From the NCBI GenBank assembly GCA_037447605.1, contig CM074815.1, positions 2,108,001 to 2,172,000 on the forward strand: DNA of 64,000 nucleotides, in the 5' to 3' direction. Below, in pieces: positions 13,406 through 24,761 of this stretch (position 1 is its first letter; every line of letters begins with the position of its first letter). This DNA comes from Zygnema circumcarinatum SAG 698-1b. Taxonomy: Eukaryota > Plantae > Zygnematophyceae. Below the pieces are notes generated by a model, which did not search any database, was not told the origin of the DNA, and saw nothing but the letters and a program-made list of their open reading frames with translations. A program made the translations under genes and the position numbers.

Positions 13406-13970
13406 GGAGAGAGAGAGGGAGCGGGGGTGGGGGCAGTTTGGGGAGGGAAGGGGAGCAAGGTAGAGATTTTAAGTTTCCAGTTTTTTGGAGTATCCAAGCA
13501 TCAGGGGTAAAGAACGAAACACCGCCTCTCCTTTTCGCCTCTCTCCACAGAACCATGCGTTGAAAATTTAGGAATGCTCTCAATACCCCAAACAAATAAA
13601 CTCGAGGAAAATCTAAAACTCTAAGCCAATTCGATGGAAGATCTCGTGATCCTAAGAAAGAAAAAGTGAAAGTTTCCACCTTTGCCTCTATGCCATAGGG
13701 CACTACCGCGAGGGCGAGCGCGCTGATTGGCTGAGCGCCCATCGCATAGCAGTCGCTCAGCGCGTGATTGGCGGAAATTTTGCCAAACAAGAACACATCG
13801 TCGAGAAAACTGCGAAAAAAGTCGACAGTGTGAACGCCGACCTGTTCCATGAAAGGCACGCAGTGGTTTCAGTACAGCTGTTGGGGAGAGCTGTTAAAGA
13901 GAACCATGGGAGCAACTTGATGGGCTAGGAAGGAGGCGTTTCGAGAACATTTGGCTTTCGCTCCCTCCCC

Positions 13971-14062
<92 letters not shown>

Positions 14063-17060
14063 ATCCCAGTCCTTCGATGTGAAGAAGTGGATTAAGGAAA
14101 TGGAAGTTCACCGTTCCGGGAGGTAAGCGTACGACAGCAGCATCATCTGCTGACGTCAGTCCCAGCACCACCTGTACAGACGTTGGAGAGAATGTAAGAT
14201 AGACTTCCATCGACAACAACGGAAGACGAGGGAGAGGAGAGGGCGAGAGAGAAGAAAATGGGGAGAGGAACGTAGAAGGGGGTGAAGACAGAGAGGCGAG
14301 AGAGGGGGAGAGAGCCAAGATTGAGGATACGAAAGATAAGGCAGATGGATAGACAGACAGACAGAGAGTGAAATAAAGAGGCAGTGGATAAGAAGGAGAA
14401 GCAAAGAGGGAGGGCAGAATAGCGAGAGTGCAGGAGAGAGTGTGAGAGTGAGAAAGGACATGTACTTCTGGTCTTGTCGGTGCATCGAGCCGTCTGAGCA
14501 CGCGGGAGAGGACAGATGAAGCCACCTGCAACATTCGGAATTTGATGAAAAAGGAAATGAAATGAACCAAGAAACAAGGGAGAATGAAAAAGAGATTACT
14601 AATCTTGAAACCAAACCATCGCCCACTTTCCTCCCCTCCTGCATCCACTCTCCTCCATCCTCTATCCCATCTCTCCTCTTCCTCCGCTTCATCCGTTCTC
14701 CTCTACGTTTGCTCTCTCACTCCCACTCCCGTGCTCTCGCATTCTCTCCTCACTCCTTCTCCTCTCTCCCTCTCCTCTCCCCTCTCCCTCGAGTTCCCAT
14801 TCTCCAAAACCTCCGCTCTCTCACCTTATCCCCCTCTCATTCTCACTACACACCTTTGCTCCACATCCTCCACACCGCATAGGCACGGCCGCTAGGGCTG
14901 ACAAAACTTCTGATCCGGCTGCCCGAGCTACGGGACTGTCCATCGCTCCGCTTGTCTTCATTTCGGGCAGCTCTGAAAACTTTCTCATAAATGACCGGTC
15001 GATGTGGTCCTGTATTCCCGCCCCACTCCCCTCATCGCTTAGCTCCATCATCGTCACAATTGACTTAAGATCTCAACACATGAGGTCCCTTCAATTCAAT
15101 TTGTAATAACTTCGAATAAAGTCGACAATTGTTTGAATTTCACCTAGGAAAAGGGCGTCTTTTTTTTTCTTTCTAGAAATTTCAGATAAATTAGGAAGAG
15201 ATTTAACTTGGAGGAAAAAATTCAAACGAGTAAAAAAAAAAAAAGGGTCAAAAAAGTCAAGAAAGTCACCTTAAGTCCCCATAAGTAAGCTCCCTCCAGC
15301 ACTAGCCCTCCTCGAGAAGCAATGGCGTAGTGATTTCCGGTACTGTACTAACCCCCCCCCCCTTCCTTCCCCCCAACTTCTCCCTCACAAACTTTCTCTA
15401 ATCCAATAAAATCCATCAAGCACAGAGGATAAACTTGAAAACCAAAAACTGAACAAACTGATTGGGTTCCTGATGATTCGGCTCAAACCTAATAAGACTG
15501 AGCCATTTCTTTTGGGGTACAAATCGCTTCAAGGGTTTTCCAAGCACAGCTCGACGAAGATTATCTGCTAGTGGAGGGCCCTGCAGCCCCAAATTGCAGA
15601 AAATAAGGGTGAAACCTCCCCATTCGTCTGTCTCCGTCTACCCCTTCCTACCACACATCCCTCCTTCTCCCACACACACACTCCTACTCCTCGTCTCCTC
15701 TCTCTCCCCTTTTCCCCTCCTCAATATCTCCTAGCCTCCCCCCAGCTTCACACTCACTCCGTCACTCCCTTTCTCTCCCCCCGTCCTTCTCTCTCTCTCC
15801 ACCCCCCCTCCACTCGCGCCCTCTCTCTCCCTCTCTCCCCATCCCCTCCCCAGCTCCCTGCCTCTCCTCTTCTACCTTCCTGCTCTCCCCACCCCCCTCC
15901 CCTCCCCCCTTCTCTGTTTTTCTCTAATGCTAGAGCATAGAGAGCCTACACACCACAAAAACTTACTTGGCGCACAGCAATCACGCCAGCCCTTTCTCGC
16001 GGATGTGAAATAGAGCTGTGGATGTCGCCAACTGCGAACACGTGGCGAGCGCTGATTGACTGGAGCGTTTCATCGACCAATATGAATCCAGCAGAATCAA
16101 GGGCTAAGCCAGTCTCTTGCAGCCACCTAGCAGCCCCTCCCTGGCCTTCCAAAACAGTCAGCAATTCCATTTCCATGTTATAATTCTTGGTTTCTTTGCA
16201 AACTGAAAGTTACTTTTCAGGGAGTAAGATTTGTTTACTCTACCAATATCTCTCCCTCCTTTCCCAGCCTTAACCATCCCTTCTCTCATATTGTTCCTCT
16301 TTTTTCCTTCCCTTCTCGGTCCATGCCCAGCTCGTTCCCTTTCCCACCTCTTCCCATCTTCTCTCTCTCTCCCTCTCTCTCTCTCTCCCTCTCTCTCTCT
16401 CTCGCTCTCTCTCTCCCTCTCCCTCCCTCTCCCACTCTCTCTCTCTTTCCACTTCTCCCTCCGTTACAAGCTGACAGACGAGGGAAAGCTTCCAACCTGA
16501 GTACACCACACACACTCGTCGAAGGCTCGTTCAGACCCGTCCTCCAATATGAGTGCGTTTTCCTTCACCTCTCGCACTGCTCCGTTAGCTACCACTTCCA
16601 CACCTGCCTCCCACACACCCCCCCTCCCCCCTCCTCCGTTCTTCCTTCCTTTACACTCTCATTCCAAAGTATCTACCACCTCACAATTTCAAAACACCCA
16701 AGCTTTTCATTAATACTAAGCCCCCCACTAGATTCTAGCCCTTAATCACAATAGCCAGAATGAAGGGAAACCAAAAAGTAAAATTCAGAAGGTCGAACAA
16801 TACCTCTTTCCTTGCAAATCCGTGAAAATATCTTTCCCACTTTTGGAGCATGTGTTGGCAGCAGCCCGCCCCTTGTGTGCAAATGGAATGAAATTTTTTT
16901 CGGGTCCTGCCCAGCGGCCTGTCCCCTCTCCCCCTCTCTCCCCCTCTCTCCACCTCGTTAGGTTTTGCATGTGACTTTAGCTTGATCCCTCCAACTTTCG
17001 GCTTTCTACAGTTACACAAGATTGACAAAAGTGGCGTCTGGAAGGAGCATGCAGAAATGT

Positions 17061-17130
<70 letters not shown>

Positions 17131-20053
17131 TAGAGAGAGAGAGAGAGAGAAAGAGAAGAGAGAGGGGAGAAGGAGGTACACCTTCAAGTCGTTTTGTAAG
17201 CGATGCTGCATGGCCAGCAATAGCTCCACTCCACCAGCTCCACCACCGACCAACGCCAATCTCATTGGCTGTGCTTAGGGGAAGGGAGGAAAGGAGGGAG
17301 GGAGGGAGAGGGAGAAAGAGAGGGAGAGCGAGAGAGTGAAGGAGAAGGGGGGCCAGAGAGATAAGGAAAACGAAGCGAGGCGTGAAAAACATTGTGAATG
17401 GGAAGGAGAGAAGCAAGAAAGGGTTCAGAGAGGAGGAAAGGGGAGAAAAAAACAGAAGGGCGACTACAACCTGAAGGAGGGAGAGTAAAGACAGAGGGAA
17501 GAGAGACGATGAATAAAAAACATACGAAAGCGCAAGGAATTGTCACAGACGAAAGGGGAGAACGATATGTGAAGGAGGCGAATGAGGGAGAGACAGAGAT
17601 CCACAATAAGGAAAAGAGAGAGTGATGGGGAGGTCGACTGGGAGAGAGAGAGACGGAGGGAACAGCATGGCTGAGAGAGAGGAGAGAGTGAGAAAGAAGC
17701 AGAATATAGAAAGAGAGAGAGAGAACAAGTTCTCCCACCCTCTCTGATGCGAGCAGCCGCTCTCTAATCTGCTTCCAGCGCTGTGTGAAGGTGTCTATGG
17801 GTTTCACGGGAACAGAGAATTCTGTCGCTCCCGCCGCTGCTTGCTGTACGCTCAATTAGTAAAAAAGAGAAAAGAAAAAGAGGGGATGTATATTAAAGTT
17901 TGAATGTAAATGTTCGCACATTTAAGAGTTCCTAGGAGATTCAGGGTGTCAGTATTTCAGGGTAAGCGATATTTAGGGTCTAAATGATTATAGAAAATCG
18001 CGGCAGATCGTGTCTTTGGAGTGTATTAGTGAAATAAGCATCATCTCAGTGAAGTGGGCATCCATTCTGATAAAAAGGATGACGAAATATGTACCTTCTT
18101 GGGTTAAACAATTACAATGGCAAACAAAAAGTACCCAGAAGAACATGGAAAAAGTGATGGCCTACCAATGGGGTAACCCCAATGTCGATGGAGAGAACAT
18201 CGTACGGAACAGAGGGGCGGCCTTGGAGGTGCACCTTCTTCTCCTGCATGGCCACTTTTATGGTTTCAGGTTTTAAGGTTTTTTGGTTTCCAGCATCATC
18301 TCTAGTTTAGCTGCCAGTTTCATGCACTCCTTACGTGTTTTTTTGCAGTGAGCACCGCCACACAGAGCCACTATAATCAGGGAATGGATTCCAGCACGAC
18401 CAAGGAAAAGAAAGCAATGCGAAGAGCAGAGAGAGAGAGAGAGGCAGGAGGAGAAAGGCATAGTGAGAGAGGAAAGTTTGTGCGGAAAGGCCCGACGTTG
18501 CAGCTTCGACGAGAAACCGGAAACCAAACTGTAGATGCTTTAGTCTAATCAAAATGTAAGAGTGAGATAAAGTGAGACACACGGAGAAGGGAGAAAGGAA
18601 GGAAGAGATTTTACAGAAGAGAGTTCACCTTTAAGTCGATTCCGGTGGCGGAGCAATGAATAAAACGAGCGTTGGCAAAGCGTGCTAAGGGGCGAAGGTC
18701 AATATGACACTCATCGTAGCTGTAATGCCCTGCCCCTTCCCATGGTTTTTCTGAGATATTCCGCGTTTATAAAGAGAAACTGTTGAAATCGCAAAAAAAA
18801 TACTCGTATAAGATGAATGTTAGGACCCAGATATTGCGAAGATAATAGTTTAGTTCTGCTAACAATCAACTGAAACTTATAGGATGTGGACATCCACTAA
18901 AGGACGTGGTCCTCGAAATGCAAGTCTGCGTCCTTGACCACCCTTTACATGAATGTTGAAAGCCAGAGCATAGAAGGCTAAGGCGCAAGTAGCACAAGTC
19001 AATAGGTGAATGTTTTTGTTCAGCGTGTTCGTGAGACGGCCTCTTGCCTTGTAAAGCGGGGGGAAAGGTATGAAGGGCTGAAGGACTTCTTAAAGGTTTA
19101 ATGTTTTGGAGGTTTTTGAGGTTTCTGAGATTCCAAGAATTCAAAAACAACTAAAGAGAAGAAAAGTTAATTATGTGTTCACCTGCGACGTATCCCGGCA
19201 GCATTCCACTGTAGGGGGTTTGCACATCTCTTGCAATAAGCGTAATGCGAACGCCCGGAACTGGATACATGCCGAAATTCTTAAGAACAATCGTATGGCT
19301 AAAATACGTGCAAGGCAGACAAATCGAAGGGGAGAGAGAGAGAGAGAAAGAGCTTAGTCTTGAGCGTTCGCAGAATAAACAGCAGATCTTTAGAAATCGT
19401 GACAGCTGCCCATGCCCTGTTTTTTGCCTTTTCCTTTTGCCATGTTTTGCATTTCCTTTTTTTTTTTTTTTTTTAAATCAATTAGTTGTTTCTGTCGCAT
19501 CCGAACTCGTGTCTGAAGCCAAATTTCTGTTGGCAGCAAATGATTTCTCTTACTCTCTCTCTTTCCCACTCTCTCACACTCTCCCGCTCCTTCTCCCTCT
19601 CTCCCCCACCGTCTCCCTCTCCCTCTCTCGCGCGCTCTCTCTCTCTCTCTCTCCCTCTCTCTCTCGCACTCTCCGACAACCAAGAGTGTCTGCCTCATAT
19701 CAACCATTCTCCCATCTCTTGAACAAATCTGCAGATAAAGCTGAAGGCGGGATGCACCTATGGCCTCCACCAACAAGAACGATGTCCTTCACTGTGACGT
19801 CACCAGCTCCAGGGCCCATGGCTGCCAAGAGTCGCCCGGATGCTTTCAAAGTCGTCCTTTTCCTGTTGGATAGTAAGGTCCAGAGTACTGTTCCTTCAGC
19901 ATGCAGCTCGGGATCTGCTGACCAGAATGTGGAGTTAAAAGCGCAGTTAAACTGCGGAACAAGTGCTTGACGCTTGTCCGGATATTCCTTTCTGTAAAGG
20001 ATGGCATGGGCGCTTGCAGCGACTGGTTTGAAGGCTAATGCGAGTGAGGTCAT
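10701..20053 (-). CDS. selD: Selenide,water dikinase (selenophosphate synthetase) fused to an N-terminal FAD/NADH-dehydrogenase-like domain, ~22 exons
   Basis: Spliced exons give [12 protein letters not shown] (donor 19757), [46 protein letters not shown] and VFAVGD (oxidoreductase part). These are followed by [10 protein letters not shown] (14880-14854), [62 protein letters not shown] and [12 protein letters not shown] (SelD motifs); stop at 10701. Confidence 0.93.
13228..14060. repeat. Long (GA)n and (CT)n microsatellites in SelD introns (representative of many in the window)
   Basis: (GA)n ~13228-13430 and (CT)n ~13975-14060; similar tracts at ~17060-17160, ~42630-42850 and ~51160-51350. 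Confidence 0.9.
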
Positions 20054-20507
20054 AGGTATAAATTACGACTGAAATTTTAGTGACATTAGGTGAAGTCAAG
20101 ATTGAAGCCACATTCCCTTTGTTTGTTTATCAGTGCCAGCCTCTGCTCTGTGCTGAGGGTGCGCTGCGCGGCGGTCCCGCTCCCACGCTCGTGCGCAAAT
20201 CATGAAGCTCCTGGGACGGGAGGAAGTGACGTCACAAAGTGCGCGTGGTTGGGCTTCTGCATCACGGTAACCGTAAGCACATGCGAAAAGGAATATACGA
20301 ATCGATACGAGTACTGTACAGGAATCTGCGAACCAAATCCACTTTCCATTTTCCACGGATCGAGAAACTTGTTCAGCAATAGCTGCTCGTGTTCATGCCC
20401 TTTTCAAGCATCTCAGAAGGGTCCCATTCCATGAAAAGGAAAAGAAAAGCGAAAGGAAAAGTGAGAGATGAGAAAGCATTCCTCTCATGTGGTGATCGGA
20501 AGGATGT

Positions 20508-20650
20508 GCCATTGATCTCAAGATGGCGATGACGCCATCAAATGTAACATGGACAACATCAGCATGGGGAAGGAACCACGAGGATCTGGTCACAAAGAAA
20601 CTAAGGAGAAAAGGAAAAAGCTAGGAGCGGAAAGATACGCCTCGGCTCAA
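20508..20650 (+). repeat. Dispersed repeat family, copy A
   Basis: GCCATTGATCTCAAGATGGCGATGACGCCATCAAATGTAACATGGACAACATCAGCATGGGG...AAGCTAGGAGCGGAAA matches 32797-32990 and 43720-43815. Confidence 0.85.
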
Positions 20651-21672
20651 CAACGCTTCAAGGCCTCCCCTAGGCAACCGGGTGATCACTTTTTAAAGTG
20701 CCTCCGCTTAACCATGTTGAGCTTCAGCTTACATAAGGCAGCATGCCCGTACCCAACAGGGGGTTCCAATCTTAGATTTTGAGATACATATTCGATATCA
20801 GAACCCATATTGTTTCTGCCTTTGATGTCCAGTGAAAAAGTATGACCTTCGATGTCCATTCTACGGGCTTCTTCTCAGATTGAGACCTCCTAACGAAGCC
20901 TTTTTACGTAACATCATTTGGTTTTTATATGTCTACTACTCGGTCAGCCACGCAGCGCCTCGCCTAAATGATTTTGAAAGAGAATTGCATTTGAAGGCCA
21001 TAGAAGTATTTGTTGATCAAGCATGGATTAGGGTTAATATTCATTCACAAACGAGTCGAGCAAGGTGTCATTTACCATTGCAGCAACACAGTCTGAACAA
21101 AAGCGAATCTGTACATCTATACAAGATTCGAAGAAATTGGAACACGAGCATCCATATGAACAGGTTCTAAAGTGTTTCAACTACTCCCCTGTGCGAAATC
21201 AGCTACTCTATTCACTAAACGAGCTCTTCAATTGCTCCATGGCAGAGGCATGATGAGGACTGAACCTAGCCAAGAGCTCTTATCCCAATCTCCCGCCACC
21301 CCCTTTTCCATCCTTGTTACTATCCTCCATAAAGACCATCAACCCCTCCAGCTTACTGCACAGTACCCATACAATCATCTGCAATGAAAACTTACACGGC
21401 ATTCCAGCCTTGACACCACCCACTTCCAACAACATTGAGGACCCATCGTGCTCGCCAAACCCAGCATCCACAGGGAACTTCCTGATCGAACGGAACCATC
21501 ATCCGCTGCAAGAAATCACATCCACCACAAATATACCTGCACAATTGATTTCGATCACCGTTTGAAGCTCTTGCAAGTACTTCTTCATCAAAGTGTTGCC
21601 GACTCCTTGCAGCTACAAAGGTGCATGAAAGACAACCCGCTCATCCAAAAAAGGGAGCAAGCTTGAATAAAC

Positions 21673-23244
21673 TCAGTGATGGTGGCTCGCTGGACTTCCT
21701 CCTCCACCATTCTGCTCTCGATTTAATCTCCGTCGAATGGCTTCCCGCTGCTCAAAAATCTCTGAAACCATCCTCTGCCGCTGCTGTTCCATTGGATCTG
21801 CCTGCCGCCCACCTCTAGTGAGAAACTCAGGATGCCTCCCCTGGGACCCCGGAATATCCCCCCATCGGCTGCGAGGCCGGATTGGGTTATCTGTCGGATC
21901 CCCTGAAGGCATTGCTCCCCCCAGAGGAACAGGTGGCAGCACAGGAAAGACCGGCGGGGAACGCTGGCTCGAGTTTGAGTTTGAATTAGGATTCGGGGGA
22001 AGCCGGCCACTCCTTATAGCAAAGGCTCCTCTCCTTCTGGTAGGAGGGCCTATGCCCAACCCCCAACTGATTCCCCGGCGCTGATGGCTCGGGCCTGACG
22101 CCAGCTGGCTCATGATTTCCATAATTGGAAACAAAAAATCCAAGTCTGTCACTGCATGTAATCCCTCGCTGTCGCTGCCATCCATAGCTTCTGCGTCATC
22201 ATCGTTGTTATCTTCAATCATATAGTCACCCAGAATTCTTGCGCCTGGCATCGCTGCTTGAATACTTGACAACACATCATCGGTGTCTTGTTGCCTCTGC
22301 AACCTCTGCCACTCTTCGACTCGTTCCGGATTCGCCTCCTGCGGGCGGGCTGAGGGGTGCACGTCGCGAGCATGGCTCCGCAGCATCCCATATGCGCCGG
22401 AAAAGTTGCAAGTCTCCTGCGAACAAGACCGAATTTTCAAGTCCAGATACGCGCGGACATCCTTCACTACCCTCCACCCGAAGACTGCGCTTCGGCAAAG
22501 GGGGCAGAGGAGCCCGCACTCTGCCTGCACAACTGCTTCACCTTTCGCCTTAAACGCCGCCAAAAGAGCCTTTCCATTTGCATCTTCATCAGCTTCTCCC
22601 TGCTCTTTTTGGCTCAAATCTTCTCCTCCTTCTCCTTCGACTCGCTCAGGGTTAGAGGGGACAGCGAGCACGCGGCCTCCGTTTCCGGCTTCGTTATTCC
22701 CCGGCCGCCATGGAAACCTTTCTTCACCTCCAGTTCCGTTCTGTGTTGTAGACGACACATGTATTCCCACTCCTCTTCGCATATGTGCCAAGGGAAGCAG
22801 TCCTATCGCGTTAACTTCCCTATGGCTACCTTCACTCGTGAGCACAAGCACTCGTCGCCGAGCACCGCCACCATCTCCTCCAGAATTAGGGTTAGAAACT
22901 TGGTTGCCTGCTGCTGTTGCAGGAGTCGGAGTTGCAGACGGCCACCGTCGTGTCCTGCGGAACTGATCAAGGCAATTCGAGTGGCGATGACTGGTGTCGC
23001 ACATGAAGGGCTGACACCCTTTCTCGTGCTGACTGCATATCAATAGCACGGCGTTGTGAGGAAATTCCATGCAAATAGGGCAGTTTATCTCATCCCACTG
23101 CTTTTGCAAGGAATTCTGAGGACTGCGCAACCGTTTTCGGCTTTGCTGCGACCTCTGAGACTGTTTGCTTTCATGTGATCTGCTCTCCGAGCCACCGCGC
23201 CGATTCAAAACACTAGGGTTTGCCTTCCTGTCTTCCTTCGCCAT
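21673..23244 (-). CDS. DUF1644-family protein (plant Cys/His-rich, RING-like N-terminus)
   Basis: 523-aa single-exon ORF with WDEINCPICMEFPHNAVLLICSQHEKGCQPFMCDTSHRHSNCLDQF, LLCPLCRSAVFGW, RSCSQETCNFSGAYGMLRSHARDVHP and DVLSSIQAAMPGARILGDY, the conserved DUF1644 blocks. Confidence 0.9.
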   Translation of the reverse strand: MAKEDRKANPSVLNRRGGSESRSHESKQSQRSQQSRKRLRSPQNSLQKQWDEINCPICMEFPHNAVLLICSQHEKGCQPFMCDTSHRHSNCLDQFRRTRRWPSATPTPATAAGNQVSNPNSGGDGGGARRRVLVLTSEGSHREVNAIGLLPLAHMRRGVGIHVSSTTQNGTGGEERFPWRPGNNEAGNGGRVLAVPSNPERVEGEGGEDLSQKEQGEADEDANGKALLAAFKAKGEAVVQAECGLLCPLCRSAVFGWRVVKDVRAYLDLKIRSCSQETCNFSGAYGMLRSHARDVHPSARPQEANPERVEEWQRLQRQQDTDDVLSSIQAAMPGARILGDYMIEDNNDDDAEAMDGSDSEGLHAVTDLDFLFPIMEIMSQLASGPSHQRRGISWGLGIGPPTRRRGAFAIRSGRLPPNPNSNSNSSQRSPPVFPVLPPVPLGGAMPSGDPTDNPIRPRSRWGDIPGSQGRHPEFLTRGGRQADPMEQQRQRMVSEIFEQREAIRRRLNREQNGGGGSPASHHH

Positions 23245-24343
23245 TCTGATGCCTCAGTCGGCCCTTCAAAATAAACGATTCAAAAAAAAAAAAACAGGGG
23301 AACAAGAAAAAGCGCACGGAACTTGATATGTATTGTATTCACAGAATATGTCCTTCAAAAAAATATCTGCGTCAATCCTGCACTTGTATAGACGTGTCGC
23401 CTGCTGCAAGTATGCAGACCCTGGGACGCTGCTTCCAGCAAGACAGCCAGCCTGAAGGTGCGGCCCAGAGCGGCCCTGGAGCAGGTGGGCCCAGGAGCCA
23501 GCCGGTCCCAGTGTGAAGGACTGGTCTTCTACAGAGGTCGTCGTTGTAATATGAACAGGACGACTGCCTGAACCAGATCATGACAATTCCAGTGACGTTT
23601 TCACAGTGTGAACGCGGCAACGACGTGATTTCCTTTGTGTGAATGGCAAGTTTGATTCGACGGTGAATAAACGTTCTATGCTGAACTGTTGCAAACTGGC
23701 TACGGAACGGTAGCGAAGATGGAATGGGTAGCAACTTAACCATGAAAACAAAATGCGTGACTAACTAATCTGCGCAAGAGATGCCTAACTTCTTGTACCT
23801 AGCTAGCTACTCTTGGCGAGATCTTAGTCATTAATTGTTGTTAATCATGATGACTAAACTAGCCATCGTGGCAAAGTACAACCATTTGACTTTTGCCAAC
23901 GAGCTTTGCACATTTCCGACCGGTTACTACGTCAGACCGGTTGTCCATGACATCACTTTCCGTACTGTAGCTTGGATCGAGCGGGACGCTTGTCGAGCTC
24001 CAGACCGTCCGATTGGATCGCGTTTCCAAAGGACGGTCAGGATCGTTGGCTTCTCCGGTCAGTGCTGTGGCGTCGGTCGGTTCTGGTCGCGGTCGACGTC
24101 GCTCCCGAGGGTTCGTCCTAAAATATAAATGTGTAGAAAACTTGCAACCGTCCAATCGTCCGCCAATAACCGGCCTCAAACGCGGCCTCTCATTGGCTGT
24201 AATCCTTTCTTTTCCTGCCCGAATTCCCTTTCCCAGACATGTCCCCGGCAAAAAGAATTTCCCCGTCTGGAATTTGGATAAAGCGCGTTTCCGGGCGGGC
24301 CCTGTCGTCCCGCCCCGGCCCGCCCTCGCAGGCGCTGGTGCGT

Positions 24344-24357
24344 GCGCCACGTGGCGC
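24344..24357. promoter_or_regulatory. G-box/ABRE inside a perfect 14-bp palindrome in the DUF1644/TPS divergent intergenic region
   Basis: GCGCCACGTGGCGC (CACGTG at 24348-24353), ~410 bp upstream of the TPS ATG; TATA-like ATATAAAT near 24122. Function is inferred. Confidence 0.45.
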
Positions 24358-24761
24358 GCACGCCCGCGCCGGGCTGCCGCGCTGGCCGCCCGGCCCTGCC
24401 CGGCCCGGCCCTGATCCGCGCCGCGCTCACCGCCAATCGTGCCCGCCCCTCGCACGTGCGAGGCCTCAAGCATCTGCTCTCCCTCCCTCTCCTTGCAGCA
24501 GCTCCCTCTCCCTCTCTCTCTTCCTCCTTCCGCTCGTGCAGCAGCTGCCTCTCCCTCTCCCTCTCCTTCGTCCTCTCTTGCAGCAGCTGCCCCTTCGTCC
24601 TCTCTTGCAGCAGCTCCCCCTCCTTCCTCTCTCGCAGCAGCTCCCTCTCCCTCTCCCTCTCCTTCTCCCCATCCCCACTCCCTCTGACGCGCATGCCCTG
24701 CTAGAGCGGGCGGGCGGCCCTGAGCGAGCGAGCTGAGCGGGGAAGGGAGGGAGGGGGCGCC

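Noticed and set aside
14860-14880. Selenocysteine (UGA) in SelD and an associated SECIS
   Set aside because: Both active-site-region codons are TGT (Cys), so no readthrough is required.
13104-17420. Many (ER)n/(LS)n ORFs in the ORF track
   Set aside because: They are (GA)n/(CT)n microsatellites inside SelD introns; similar artefacts occur throughout the window.
24013-24736. Overlapping GC-rich ORFs upstream of TPS
   Set aside because: Low-complexity promoter/leader sequence with no recognisable domain or consistent coding frame.
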